Assembly: GCF_021699195.1 (NCBI RefSeq)
Contig: NZ_SSXE01000005.1
Coordinates: 38,770-78,769, forward strand
Direction: 5' to 3'
Length of the DNA: 40,000 bases
DNA from: Nonomuraea sp. MG754425
GTDB lineage: Bacteria > Actinomycetota > Actinomycetes > Streptosporangiales > Streptosporangiaceae
Part shown: positions 1 to 8,279 of the stretch, piece by piece
How the letters are laid out: every line of letters begins with the position of its first letter
How positions within the stretch are numbered: position 1 is the stretch's first letter
Position numbers and translations under genes: made by a program
Notes under the pieces: generated by a model
What the model saw: the letters and a program-made list of their open reading frames with translations, nothing else
The model's database searches: none
What the model was told of the DNA's origin: nothing

Positions 1-330
1 CGCATGTACGAGCTGGGATTCTCGCACAACAACTGCCAGGGCAGTTGCGTCCGCGCGGGCCAGGCTCAGTGGCTTCTTACCCTGCGGGAGTTCCCGGAGC
101 GGTACGCCCTCGCGGAGGCCGAGGAGCAGCGGTTCCGGGAGGAGCACGGCAAGGACGTGTCGATCCTCACCGAGACCGTGAACGGCGAGAAGCGCACGCT
201 CACGCTCAGGACGCTGCGGCTTCGAGCGGAGGCGGGCCTGGTTCGTCGCCGCTCGCCTCAACCTGCCCGGTCACGTCGTCGCAAGGCCGTGCAGACGGAG
301 CCGCTGTTCGAGATGGGGTGCCCAGCATGA
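1..330 (+). CDS. PAPS reductase-like (phosphoadenosine phosphosulfate reductase family) protein, C-terminal part; 5' end upstream of window
   Basis: Frame 1 is open from base 1. GFSHNNCQGSCVRAGQAQW..FPERY..EEQRFREEHGKDVSIL matches by eye the conserved C-terminal block of phage PAPS-reductase-family proteins. High GC3. Confidence 0.7.
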   Translation, partial: RMYELGFSHNNCQGSCVRAGQAQWLLTLREFPERYALAEAEEQRFREEHGKDVSILTETVNGEKRTLTLRTLRLRAEAGLVRRRSPQPARSRRRKAVQTEPLFEMGCPA

Positions 331-503
331 AGAAGATCGCTAAGTGGCTGGGTCACCTGAACCAGTACCGTCTCCGCTTCGGGCGCATCGCGATCTACAT
401 CGAACCGCGAGACCTGTGGGTCGGCGGCTACATCGCGCCGGACGCGGTCTACGTACTGCCCTTCCCCACGATCGTCTTCCGCTGGACCAGGAGGCCCCGG
501 TGA
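327..503 (+). CDS. hypothetical protein (58 aa)
   Basis: ATG 327 overlaps the upstream stop (ATGA 327-330). Internal start of ORF 45..503; begins MKKIAKWLGHLNQYRL. Confidence 0.6.
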   Translation: MKKIAKWLGHLNQYRLRFGRIAIYIEPRDLWVGGYIAPDAVYVLPFPTIVFRWTRRPR

Positions 504-898
504 CCACGGTTGAGAACTGCTGGGTGCTCGCCCGCCCAGACGGCACCCACATCGACAACGGCGACTACGTTGTGCACTTCGCGGACAAGACCAGAGCCGT
601 TCAGGTAATCGCCGACGACCAGTCCGAGGACACCCTCGCCCCTGGCTGCTACCGCAACGCCACACCGCGTCAACTCGACCACCCGTGCATCAACGTCTCC
701 TGCGGCTGTTGCGGTGAGACGTTCGACGAGTCCGGGGAGGGCTACACCGTCCACTTCGCGCCTGGAGAAGAGTCACTCGTCACCGAGGCCGAGTGGGCTG
801 TCCGAAAGGACGGCACCTACCGATGCATCGAGTGCGGCCCCGAAGGCGACTGCGAAGACTGCCAGTCCGAGCGGGAGGCGGTGGCGAGCGATGCCTGA
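500..898 (+). CDS. Cys-rich hypothetical protein (132 aa, Zn-ribbon-like clusters)
   Basis: GTG 500 overlaps the upstream stop (GTGA). CGCCG..CIECG..CEDC cysteine clusters. High GC3. Confidence 0.7.
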   Translation: MTTVENCWVLARPDGTHIDNGDYVVHFADKTRAVQVIADDQSEDTLAPGCYRNATPRQLDHPCINVSCGCCGETFDESGEGYTVHFAPGEESLVTEAEWAVRKDGTYRCIECGPEGDCEDCQSEREAVASDA

Positions 899-1079
899 AC
901 TGGACGTGATCGGCCCCCTGCTCAGGGAACACCTCATCAGCTACTACGCGACCCAGATGGTTCTCACCGGCGGGGTGGGCGCTCTCGACGCGCGTGATGC
1001 CGCCGCCGAACTGGTGGACAACTCGGACCTGGGCGCCCTGCTGGCCGTCGAGGCGGTGGTGGGCGATGGAGGGGCGTGA
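891..1079 (+). CDS. hypothetical protein (62 aa)
   Basis: ATG 891 overlaps the upstream gene end by 8 nt. Internal start of ORF 714..1079. Confidence 0.55.
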   Translation: MPELDVIGPLLREHLISYYATQMVLTGGVGALDARDAAAELVDNSDLGALLAVEAVVGDGGA

Positions 1080-1782
1080 ACTCCGGCGTGTCCTTGACGC
1101 CCACCAGCTCATCGCCCGCGCCTACAAAGACGACCGTTTCCCCACCACCGGCCGGGGCGGTGACTTCCGCATGTTCGTCATCACCTGGATCTGGGTCATC
1201 CAGATCGAACGCTGCCCGAAAGACGACCGATGGGCTCGCATCACGAACGTGCTGGGGATACGGAACAACTTCCAGCTCCGCGAGCTGATCGCCTCCGACG
1301 CGCCCCGGTACGAGCCCGAAGACCGCGGCGCATGGCACGCGCCATGCCCGGCGCCGATGATCCGCCGTGACGGGCTATGCGAGCGGCGCGGCTCCATCCG
1401 TGTCCGCGTCACCAACCCGGAGGACGGCACCTGGCGGCCGGATTGGTATTGCTCCCGCCACCGCAAGGAAGCCCACCAGGCGCAGGAGCACGAGCGGGCG
1501 CTGCTCGCGTCCGGGAAGGTGCCGGAGCCGCTGCCGAACCGTGGCGGACTCGGCCCCTCCTACCTGCGGTGGAAGTGGGCCAACGTGTACCGGTGGGCGG
1601 CCGGTGCGATCTGGGAGCCGCCCGCCGTGGGCCTGTGCGCGGACAACTGGCCCGTCATGGCGAAGGTCATTGGCCAGGAGCCGCCCGCGCTGGAGTTGCT
1701 CGAAGGCGACGGTGAGGCGAGCGGCTGGCCGGGCGGTGCTCCAGGTCTACGTCTCGTTGAAGGGAGCGGAGGCCGTGGCTGA
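1066..1782 (+). CDS. hypothetical protein (238 aa)
   Basis: ATG 1066 (MEGRELRR..) overlaps the upstream stop at 1077-1079. No family recognised. Confidence 0.7.
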   Translation: MEGRELRRVLDAHQLIARAYKDDRFPTTGRGGDFRMFVITWIWVIQIERCPKDDRWARITNVLGIRNNFQLRELIASDAPRYEPEDRGAWHAPCPAPMIRRDGLCERRGSIRVRVTNPEDGTWRPDWYCSRHRKEAHQAQEHERALLASGKVPEPLPNRGGLGPSYLRWKWANVYRWAAGAIWEPPAVGLCADNWPVMAKVIGQEPPALELLEGDGEASGWPGGAPGLRLVEGSGGRG

Positions 1783-2185
1783 CGCACAGAGGCAGCTCAC
1801 CCGCGAGCAGGCCCGAGTCCTCTACCCGTTCCTGGAGGCGGGCCGACGCGGGCTCGCCGCGGCGAAGTGGCGGGTCGGTATGGACGCCGACGACCTGCTG
1901 GCACCCATCGTGCTCGCGGTCATCGGCGAGGTGAACCGGCGGGTCGTGGAGGGCGGGAAGCTCGATGAACGAGTGTCGGCTGCCGCGGGCCTGATGGTCG
2001 TCCCGGTCGCACTCCTCGAAGCCCTCACCGATTCCGAGGAGTGCGATTTCGACCATCACGGAGGCTGCCAAGCCCACGGATACCTGTCGCTCGAACCTGG
2101 CGAGCGCTGCCCGCAGGCCGAGCTCCGTGAGCTGCTGGCCACGGTGACCACCGACGAGGAGGACGGGGGCGACGACCGTGGCTGA
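1775..2185 (+). CDS. hypothetical protein (136 aa, acidic C-terminus)
   Basis: GTG 1775 overlaps the upstream stop at 1780-1782. In frame with ORF 1367..2185. Confidence 0.65.
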   Translation: MADAQRQLTREQARVLYPFLEAGRRGLAAAKWRVGMDADDLLAPIVLAVIGEVNRRVVEGGKLDERVSAAAGLMVVPVALLEALTDSEECDFDHHGGCQAHGYLSLEPGERCPQAELRELLATVTTDEEDGGDDRG

Positions 2186-2435
2186 GATCCCCCAGGAGGC
2201 CGTGCAAGACCTGTGCTGCCACGTGATCAACGAATTCAGCCGCCGCCGATGCACGGACGACCCCGCCGTTCGTCTCACCGCAGGGTGCGTTCACGAGCAC
2301 GTCGGCTCCATCGTGGTGTGCCAGCATCACGCGGAAGGGCTGGCCACTGGCGAGGTGGGCTGCTGGCAGTGCGTCGAGGTGGACGGCCACTTCTGTGCCA
2401 GCGCCATCATCGGGAAGGAGCCGATCCATGGGTGA
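2178..2435 (+). CDS. small Cys/His-rich protein (85 aa, 8 Cys)
   Basis: GTG 2178 overlaps the upstream stop. ORF-track entry 2178..2435. Confidence 0.65.
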   Translation: MAEIPQEAVQDLCCHVINEFSRRRCTDDPAVRLTAGCVHEHVGSIVVCQHHAEGLATGEVGCWQCVEVDGHFCASAIIGKEPIHG

Positions 2436-3405
2436 CCGCAAGCCGTACGTGGTGCTCGTCACCGGGTCCCGCACCTTCAAGGACTGGCGCACCATGCGCG
2501 ACGTCATGGCCGCGATCGTCACCGAGCACGGCCCCGACAGGGTGACGTTCCGGCACGGCCGGTGCAGCCGGGGTGCTGACATGATGGCAGATCGGCTCGC
2601 CCGCCAGCTCGGCGCGCACGTCGAGCAGCGACCCGCCGACTGGGACGTGTGCGCCGGCCCGAACTGCACGCCCCCGCACCGCAAGCAGCGGGGGGACGGG
2701 TCCACGTACTGCCCCGGCGCCGGGCTCCATCGAGACGCTGCCATGGTGGACGACGGTGCGCACGAGTGCCTGGCCTTCATCGACCCGTGCGCAGAACCCC
2801 GTTGCCGGGGCAAGAAGCCGCACGGCTCCCACGGCGCGACCGAAACGGCCCGGATGGCGGACGAGGCGGGCATCCACGTCCGCCGCTTCCCCGAGCCACA
2901 GCCGGTGATCGACCGGTTCGCGGGTCCGTACGAGGCGCTGTCGAACTTCGCCCGCATCCCCGTCACCATCTACTCCCAGCTCGAACAGCGAGAGATCACC
3001 TACCCGACCTCCGAGCATGCCTTCCAGGCCGCCAAGACCCTGGACGTGAACGAACGGGCGAAGATCCTGGCCGAGCCGGAACCGAAGGACGCGAAAATCC
3101 TCGGAGGCCAGGTGACGCGTCGTCCCGGCTGGGACGAGGTGATCCGGTACAAGGCGATGCGAGCCATCATCGTCGCCAAGTTCACCCACGACAGCCCGGC
3201 CGGCCGGGTGCTGCTCGGCACCGCGGACGCGTTCCTGATCGAGGGCAACCGGTGGCACGACAACCACTGGGGCGACTGCCGGTGCGGCCGGGCACGGTGC
3301 GCGCCGCCGGGCGCGAACTGGCTGGGCCGGATGCTCATGGAGCGCCGCGCCGAACTCACCACCTCCCTCCACCACCACTCACAGAAGGACGATCGCCATG
3401 CCTGA
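2428..3405 (+). CDS. SLOG (DUF2493/YspA-like) - NADAR (YbiA/DUF1768) fusion protein
   Basis: ATG 2428 overlaps the upstream stop. N-terminal VVLVTGSRTF..FRHGRCSRGADMMAD..PADW looks like DUF2493 SLOG. C-terminal LSNF..SEHAFQAAK..GNRWHDNHWG..NWLGRMLMERR matches the NADAR signature blocks by eye. Confidence 0.85.
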   Translation: MGDRKPYVVLVTGSRTFKDWRTMRDVMAAIVTEHGPDRVTFRHGRCSRGADMMADRLARQLGAHVEQRPADWDVCAGPNCTPPHRKQRGDGSTYCPGAGLHRDAAMVDDGAHECLAFIDPCAEPRCRGKKPHGSHGATETARMADEAGIHVRRFPEPQPVIDRFAGPYEALSNFARIPVTIYSQLEQREITYPTSEHAFQAAKTLDVNERAKILAEPEPKDAKILGGQVTRRPGWDEVIRYKAMRAIIVAKFTHDSPAGRVLLGTADAFLIEGNRWHDNHWGDCRCGRARCAPPGANWLGRMLMERRAELTTSLHHHSQKDDRHA

Positions 3406-3784
3406 GACTCGGGACTTCCACATCGGAGACATCCTGTCGGTCACCACAGGCCGCCTCGTCTCCCCGACCCACATGGATGGCATCTACGCCATCCTCAACT
3501 GGATGACGGGAGACAACCTCTACACTCACCAGCTCCCCAGAGCCAAGAACGAATGCGAAGGGCCGCTCCTCGCCCAGCATCCCGACCTCTCCGCAGTCAC
3601 CGTGCCCGACGAATTCGATGACGAGCTGCACGTCAAACAGTGGCTGGCCGAGCAGGTGGAACGTTTCGGGGAGTTCCGTCCAGTGACTCCGATCGACGCC
3701 GAACTGCACCAGCGCATCGACCCGTTCAGCGAACTCGGCATGATGATGGGCGGGGATGAAGGGGCGCCGCTGAGCGGCCAGTGA
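3398..3784 (+). CDS. hypothetical protein (128 aa)
   Basis: ATG 3398 overlaps the upstream stop. Followed by palindrome copy 1 and a hairpin. Confidence 0.75.
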   Translation: MPETRDFHIGDILSVTTGRLVSPTHMDGIYAILNWMTGDNLYTHQLPRAKNECEGPLLAQHPDLSAVTVPDEFDDELHVKQWLAEQVERFGEFRPVTPIDAELHQRIDPFSELGMMMGGDEGAPLSGQ

Positions 3785-3789
3785 CGTTC

Positions 3790-3807
3790 GTTGGCGGTTC
3801 CGCTTAC
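3790..3807 (+). promoter_or_regulatory. palindrome-family copy 1 (left arm only) GTTGGCGGTTCCGCTTAC
   Basis: Direct read. Starts 5 nt after the stop at 3784. Confidence 0.6.
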
Positions 3808-3808
3808 G

Positions 3809-3848
3809 GTGGGGGCTCGACCACTTCCCTCGGTGGACGAGCCCCCAC
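3809..3848 (+). terminator. hairpin GTGGGGGCTCG..CGAGCCCCCAC (11 bp + inner 4 bp)
   Basis: Direct read. Downstream of 3398..3784. No U-tract. Confidence 0.5.
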
Positions 3849-3877
3849 TTCGCGTGTGAAAGGGAAGGGCGGCTTGC

Positions 3878-4660
3878 ATGCCGTGGGTTCGTGTCGATGA
3901 CCAGTTCCCGGTCAACCGGAAGGTCCGGCCGCTGTCGGATCGGGCGTTCCGCCTGTATGTGAGCGCGTTGTGCTGGTGCAACGCGAACCTCACCGATGGG
4001 GTGATCGGGGCTCGTGAGCTGATGTACGTGAGTGACGTGTCGTCGCCGCGAAGGTACGCCGATGAGCTGGTGAACGCTGGTCTGTGGTCTAAAACAAACG
4101 ACGGTTGGCAGATTCACGACTACCTCGAATACCAGCATTCAGCGATCAAGGTTCGTGAGGGGCGCGAGGCTAAAAAGGCACGTCAGGAGCGGTGGCTGGA
4201 GTCGCAGAGGCAGACGCGGGAGGCACAGCAAGACGCGTCTCAAGGCGCGTCGCAAGACGTGTCTGGAGACGACCCCCCATCCCATCCCACTCCCATCCCA
4301 TCCCAACAGACGTTCTCTAATCACTCATCTGACGGACCGTATGCAGGTGATCAAGGACGGACGGATGGACAAGATTTCTTGATCGTGGACGAGATGATCC
4401 GCAGCGAACTCGCCGCACTCACCCCCCACCCGATCACCCCCGAGCACGCCGCCCACGTGCGGCAGCTCATCCTCAGTCGAGCCCGCACCCTCGTGAAGAA
4501 CCCCCACCGGTACATCCAGCGCGCACTCCGCCGCGACCCGCACGCCTACCTCCCCGAGCAGCCCGCCGGCTACCGCGGTGTCGGCCGCATGTGCGGCAAG
4601 CATCCGTTCATGGCCGAACCGTGCCGGGCCTGCGCCGCCGATCGCATCGCCAAACCCTGA
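3878..4660 (+). CDS. putative replication-initiator / replisome-organiser-like DNA-binding protein
   Basis: The N-terminal WVRVDDQFPVNRKV..LSDRAFRLYVSALCWCNANLTDG block resembles winged-helix N-domains of phage replication organisers (recognised by eye). SD GAAAGGGAAGG upstream. Followed by a 515-bp non-coding repeat region. Confidence 0.6.
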   Translation: MPWVRVDDQFPVNRKVRPLSDRAFRLYVSALCWCNANLTDGVIGARELMYVSDVSSPRRYADELVNAGLWSKTNDGWQIHDYLEYQHSAIKVREGREAKKARQERWLESQRQTREAQQDASQGASQDVSGDDPPSHPTPIPSQQTFSNHSSDGPYAGDQGRTDGQDFLIVDEMIRSELAALTPHPITPEHAAHVRQLILSRARTLVKNPHRYIQRALRRDPHAYLPEQPAGYRGVGRMCGKHPFMAEPCRACAADRIAKP

Positions 4661-4770
4661 CCACACCCCCGCGCTCGCTCGAAAGATCTCACCCAGGGAC
4701 CACCCGCAGGCACCACGCGGCCGAGCGCTCACCTCCTCGTCGCTGACGGGGTTGACCTCACACCAGCCGA

Positions 4771-4802
4771 GAGAGCGACGCGAACGACGCGAGAGCGACG
4801 CG
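4771..4802. repeat. direct repeat GAGAGCGACGCG x2 (4771-4782, 4791-4802), with CGACGCG x3 at 4776/4785/4796
   Basis: Direct read, within the 515-bp non-coding gap. Confidence 0.8.
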
Positions 4803-5175
4803 CCGCAACACCGCCGGAACAGTCTTCATAGTGGCGCGAGAGACGCGATCAGGCGCGGCCTGGCAGTGAGAGACCATGCCATGATCACAAACGCTCAGAG
4901 ATGCACACAGACAAGATCCACAAGACGGAGTGGGGCCACAACGGCCCCAGGCATGCCGTTGGGGTCGGTGGGGTGCGAACCTGGCGTGTCAGCTTTGGTT
5001 GACGTCTAGAGGTTTGGTCGCGTCCGGAACGCAAGGTGGATTGCGGTGTTTCTGCTGGTGGCGTGAGTGTGCGTTTGTCCTGGTGGGCAACTTGGAGCAC
5101 CAGCTTGACAACGATTTGATCTCGCTATGGTCCGAAATCTGGACAGCTTGTCATGCGCATCACAAGCTCTGAGCC

Positions 5176-5964
5176 ATGCAGATCACACGCACGGCCACAG
5201 CGATCGGGAGGGCGGTCACGACCGCCGCTCTCGCATCCGCCATGGTCATCACAGCAGGCCACATCGCGCCCGGTCTCATGCCGGGCACGACCATGGCCAA
5301 CATGGTCACCCAGGGTGGACGGGTGGCCATGGACCCCACCGTCATGCCGACGTGCCCCGACCAAGACCCCCCGGTCGTGTGCATCGTCGGCCCGCAGGGT
5401 CCCGCCGGACCTCAGGGTGAGACCGGACCTCAGGGACCTCAGGGACCTGCCGGACCGACCGGACCCGTAGGCCCGACTGGCGAGCCCGGACCGACCGGAC
5501 CCGCCGGAAGCACCGGACCCACCGGACCGCGCGGCGAGCAGGGCCCACAAGGGCAGCAAGGGCCCGCCGGGCAGGCTGGCGCATCCGGCAAGCCCGGAAG
5601 CGCCGGACCGACCGGGGAAGCCGGGAAGCCTGGCAGTACCGGACCCATCGGACCGCAGGGACAACCCGGACAGACCGGCATCGACGGCACCACCGCGCAG
5701 AACATCCCCACGGATGTGGAGATGCCAACCCCGCGCATCGCATCCCCCACGGACGAGACCACGCCCACCCCCACGGGCAGCGTGTTCCTGAGCGGCCCAA
5801 GCCTGCCCTCCGCCACGACGACACGCGCCAACGACACTGACAACTGGTTCGCCCCCGTCGCATGGCTCGCGGTGATCCTCACCGGCATCGCCGCAACCTG
5901 TTACGTGGTCTGGCGTCGCCGCCACCGCGAAGCGCAGTTCGTTGACGGTTCCGCCAACGACTAA
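5176..5964 (+). CDS. collagen-like triple-helix-repeat protein with N-terminal signal-like segment and C-terminal TM anchor
   Basis: 33 uninterrupted G-X-Y triplets (aa 72-170). Hydrophobic N-terminus. C-terminal [17 protein letters not shown] followed by RRRHR. Own hairpin terminator. Confidence 0.9.
   Translation: MQITRTATAIGRAVTTAALASAMVITAGHIAPGLMPGTTMANMVTQGGRVAMDPTVMPTCPDQDPPVVCIVGPQGPAGPQGETGPQGPQGPAGPTGPVGPTGEPGPTGPAGSTGPTGPRGEQGPQGQQGPAGQAGASGKPGSAGPTGEAGKPGSTGPIGPQGQPGQTGIDGTTAQNIPTDVEMPTPRIASPTDETTPTPTGSVFLSGPSLPSATTTRANDTDNWFAPVAWLAVILTGIAATCYVVWRRRHREAQFVDGSAND
5389..5685 (+). repeat. coding (GGN-NNN-NNN)x33 collagen repeat
   Basis: Direct read of [15 protein letters not shown]...GQTGID. 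Confidence 0.95.
5941..5958 (+). promoter_or_regulatory. palindrome-family copy 2 GTTGACGGTTCCGCCAAC
   Basis: Direct read. Occupies the last codons of the collagen-like gene. Confidence 0.6.
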
Positions 5965-5974
5965 CCAACCCCCC

Positions 5975-5999
5975 GCCCCCTCCCACCAGGGGAGGGGGC
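5975..5999 (+). terminator. hairpin GCCCCCTCCC-ACCAG-GGGAGGGGGC
   Basis: 10-bp stem, 11 nt after the collagen-like gene stop. Confidence 0.6.
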
Positions 6000-6022
6000 A
6001 CCTACCCCGAAAGGGACCAGCA

Positions 6023-6688
6023 ATGACCAGCACCAACACCCCCGCGTTCCAGATCACCGAAGACCTCCGCGCCGCCGTCCGCGCCGCCCTCACCGATCTG
6101 AACAAGGCCCTTGAAGGGCACACCGGCAACAACCCGATGCTCAACGCGTACCGTCTCCCCGCCGCCCGCGCGCCGCTGGCCGAGGTGATCGCCATCGTGG
6201 ACAACGGGGGCACCCTGTACGACGGCCCCGCCCCGACCGCGTACGCGGCGATGGACAAGGTCAGCGAGGCGGACCGCGCCGGGTGGTACGTGATGCCCGA
6301 CCGCGCCGGAGCCGCCGCGCGCATCGCCGCCACGTGCGGCAAGTACGGCATCCCCGCCGACCACCTGATCGCAACGCATGCGCCGTCTCAGGCGGAGGTC
6401 AAGGCCATGCTCGGCAGCGCCGACCCGCTGGCCAAGATGGCGGAGATCCACGCCGAAGCGGCCAAGCGCGACGCCGAGCGGATCAAGGCCGAGCGCACGA
6501 AGCGGATCAAGGACGCGGTTGCCGCCGCCAAGTCCCTGGCCAAGTTCAAGGGTGACCCCGCCCTGCCGTTCGCGCAGGCGATCGAGGAAGGGGCGGACCG
6601 CGCCGAACTGGCGCAGGCATTCACCAGCGCCGGACTCCCCGTGCCGCCGGAGGAGCCCGCCAAGCCCAAGCCCGCGCCGAAGAAGTAG
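6023..6688 (+). CDS. hypothetical protein (221 aa) with Lys/Pro/Ala-rich C-terminal tail
   Basis: ATG 6023 lies 7 nt after SD GAAAGGGA. C-terminal tail EEPAKPKPAPKK. Terminator downstream. Confidence 0.7.
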   Translation: MTSTNTPAFQITEDLRAAVRAALTDLNKALEGHTGNNPMLNAYRLPAARAPLAEVIAIVDNGGTLYDGPAPTAYAAMDKVSEADRAGWYVMPDRAGAAARIAATCGKYGIPADHLIATHAPSQAEVKAMLGSADPLAKMAEIHAEAAKRDAERIKAERTKRIKDAVAAAKSLAKFKGDPALPFAQAIEEGADRAELAQAFTSAGLPVPPEEPAKPKPAPKK

Positions 6689-6697
6689 CACCACCCC

Positions 6698-6727
6698 GCG
6701 CGCTCCCCGCGCCACCGGGGAGCGCGC
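6698..6727 (+). terminator. hairpin GCGCGCTCCCC..GGGGAGCGCGC
   Basis: 11-bp stem after 6023..6688. Confidence 0.6.
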
Positions 6728-6766
6728 ACCCCACCACCAACCAGCCACGACCCACAAGGGGAGATC

Positions 6767-7465
6767 ATGACCAGCTTGCAGGCCCTAGCGGTCAACACCG
6801 CCGCCGCCGTCCGGCTCAGCATCGCCGACCGTCACCAGCACCGGGAAGAGTGCGCCATGTGCCGCCCCGACCAGGAATGCCCCCGCGCAATGGCGATGTT
6901 CGCCGACCACCAAGCGCGCGTGCAGCGCGCCCGCTCCAACCTGCTCACCTACCTGCCGCACGGATCGGTGATCACCTACGCCGGAGCGCTTACCCGGATG
7001 CACGGCGAATGGTGGATCAACGACACGTGCGCCGACTGCGACCACACCGCGCTACGCCTCGTGCGGGGACGCGGCATGACGCTCTCCCACGTACTGCTCT
7101 CCGAGATCACCAGCACGCCCATCCTGCAACCCCGCGCGGGGGAGACGCTGCCCGCCGCGCGGGAAGCCGCACGAGAGCTGGCCGTGATCCTCACCATGGG
7201 CAACGTCACCCTTCCGATGATCGTGGACATCAACGGCCTAGGCGTGTGTACGCTCGCCTACCCGCGCGGCACCTACGACCACGAGATCAGCGTCGCAGAG
7301 TCCACGCGGACCGCCGAAGCGTCCTACACGCTGGCCGCGTTGCGCGCGGTTCCCGTGCTGGCCAGCGCCATGGCCAACGGCAACGCCGCAGGCGTCTCGG
7401 GGATCACGGAGCGCCTGCTCAAGCTGCGTGAAGCGGCGGCAGACGTGCGCCGCAAGAGCCGCTGA
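6767..7465 (+). CDS. hypothetical protein (232 aa)
   Basis: ORF-track entry. SD AAGGGGAG upstream. 14-bp-stem hairpin downstream. Confidence 0.7.
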   Translation: MTSLQALAVNTAAAVRLSIADRHQHREECAMCRPDQECPRAMAMFADHQARVQRARSNLLTYLPHGSVITYAGALTRMHGEWWINDTCADCDHTALRLVRGRGMTLSHVLLSEITSTPILQPRAGETLPAAREAARELAVILTMGNVTLPMIVDINGLGVCTLAYPRGTYDHEISVAESTRTAEASYTLAALRAVPVLASAMANGNAAGVSGITERLLKLREAAADVRRKSR

Positions 7466-7474
7466 GCCGACCAG

Positions 7475-7508
7475 CGAAGCCCCCGCGCGAACCGCCGCGC
7501 GGGGGCTT
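7475..7508. terminator. hairpin GAAGCCCCCGCGCG-AACCGC-CGCGCGGGGGCTTC between convergent genes
   Basis: 14-bp perfect stem. Confidence 0.65.
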
Positions 7509-7662
7509 CCGCACGTCCAAGATCACCCCCCGTGCCCCCCGCCGACCGGGCCGGCGGACGTACCTTGGTTTCGTTCATGCTGAGGGGTTTTGATCTTGCC
7601 CGGTGGGTTGTGAGTGTCCTGCGGTCTGCTCGGGGGCGGCGGCCGGGGTGGTCGCGGTGCGT

Positions 7663-8148
7663 TCAGGAGGCGAGCAGGTCGAGGTGGAACCCGGCGGCGA
7701 TGAGGGCAAAGGCGAGCAGCCGTATCCAGTTCAGAGCTCGTCCGCCGCGTTGGAGGAAGTCGGCGATCTTTGGGAGCCAGATCCACGTCATGATGGGAAG
7801 GGTCAAGAGCCACATGCCGAAGAGGGCTCTCACGGCGAATTCCCAGGGGCCCATTGGCGCCCCCGTAAGGATCAACGCAATGGCGGAGATTCCGAGAATC
7901 AGCGTGGCAGGGACGGCAAAGTACACAATGATCCCCACCCCGTCCGCACGGCGGCGTACCACTCGCCCAAGAGCGCGGATGCGTTCGGGGCCGAGGATCT
8001 CCAGCAGGATGGTGCAGCCGCCGGTGAACTGGGCGATTTTCCCGATCCGGCCCCACCAGATCATGGGTAGGCCGAGCAGGTCGTTGCCGAGCGTGGATTG
8101 GCCGTCCAACCACATCTGCCATGCCTGTAAGTAGCTGATGTCCCCCAT
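7663..8148 (-). CDS. polytopic membrane protein (161 aa), moron-like
   Basis: Several hydrophobic stretches (IIVYFAVPATLILGISAIALIL, LFGMWLLTLPIMTWIWL, LLAFALIAAGF). Opposite strand to its neighbours. Bracketed by a hairpin and a divergent promoter region. Confidence 0.75.
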   Translation of the reverse strand: MGDISYLQAWQMWLDGQSTLGNDLLGLPMIWWGRIGKIAQFTGGCTILLEILGPERIRALGRVVRRRADGVGIIVYFAVPATLILGISAIALILTGAPMGPWEFAVRALFGMWLLTLPIMTWIWLPKIADFLQRGGRALNWIRLLAFALIAAGFHLDLLAS

Positions 8149-8279
8149 GATCGGAGTCTAGGTCTCGCGCGGCCCCGGCGAAGGGCTGTCGCCACGTGGA
8201 GGAGCATGGCCGAGCGTGCGGTTTGAGCCTGTGTGTGTAGGGTGTCCGCGTTCGAGGCGGCGCGCAGGGAGGGACTGGG

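Noticed and set aside
4578-5009. 143-aa plus-strand ORF (and 4930-5172, 4885-5100) in the non-coding gap.
   Set aside because: No SD, many A/T-ending codons in the 3' half, low-complexity Arg/Ser/Thr-rich sequence, and it spans the repeat array.
5105-5131. TTGACA (5105-5110) / TATGGT (5126-5131) as a sigma-70-type promoter for the collagen-like gene.
   Set aside because: The spacer is only 15 nt, too short for a confident call. It is mentioned only within the non-coding-gap finding.
4661-5175. Search for tRNA/tmRNA genes here, in 15017-15342 and in 39288-40000.
   Set aside because: No GTTCGAAT/GTTCAAAT-type T-loop with a matching acceptor stem was seen. GGGGTGCGAACCTGG near 4970 lacks the rest of a cloverleaf. 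A tRNA scan should still be run.
5389-5685. 9-nt periodic repeat considered as a tandem-repeat or CRISPR-like array.
   Set aside because: It is the in-frame G-X-Y coding repeat of a collagen-like protein. There is no spacer/repeat organisation.
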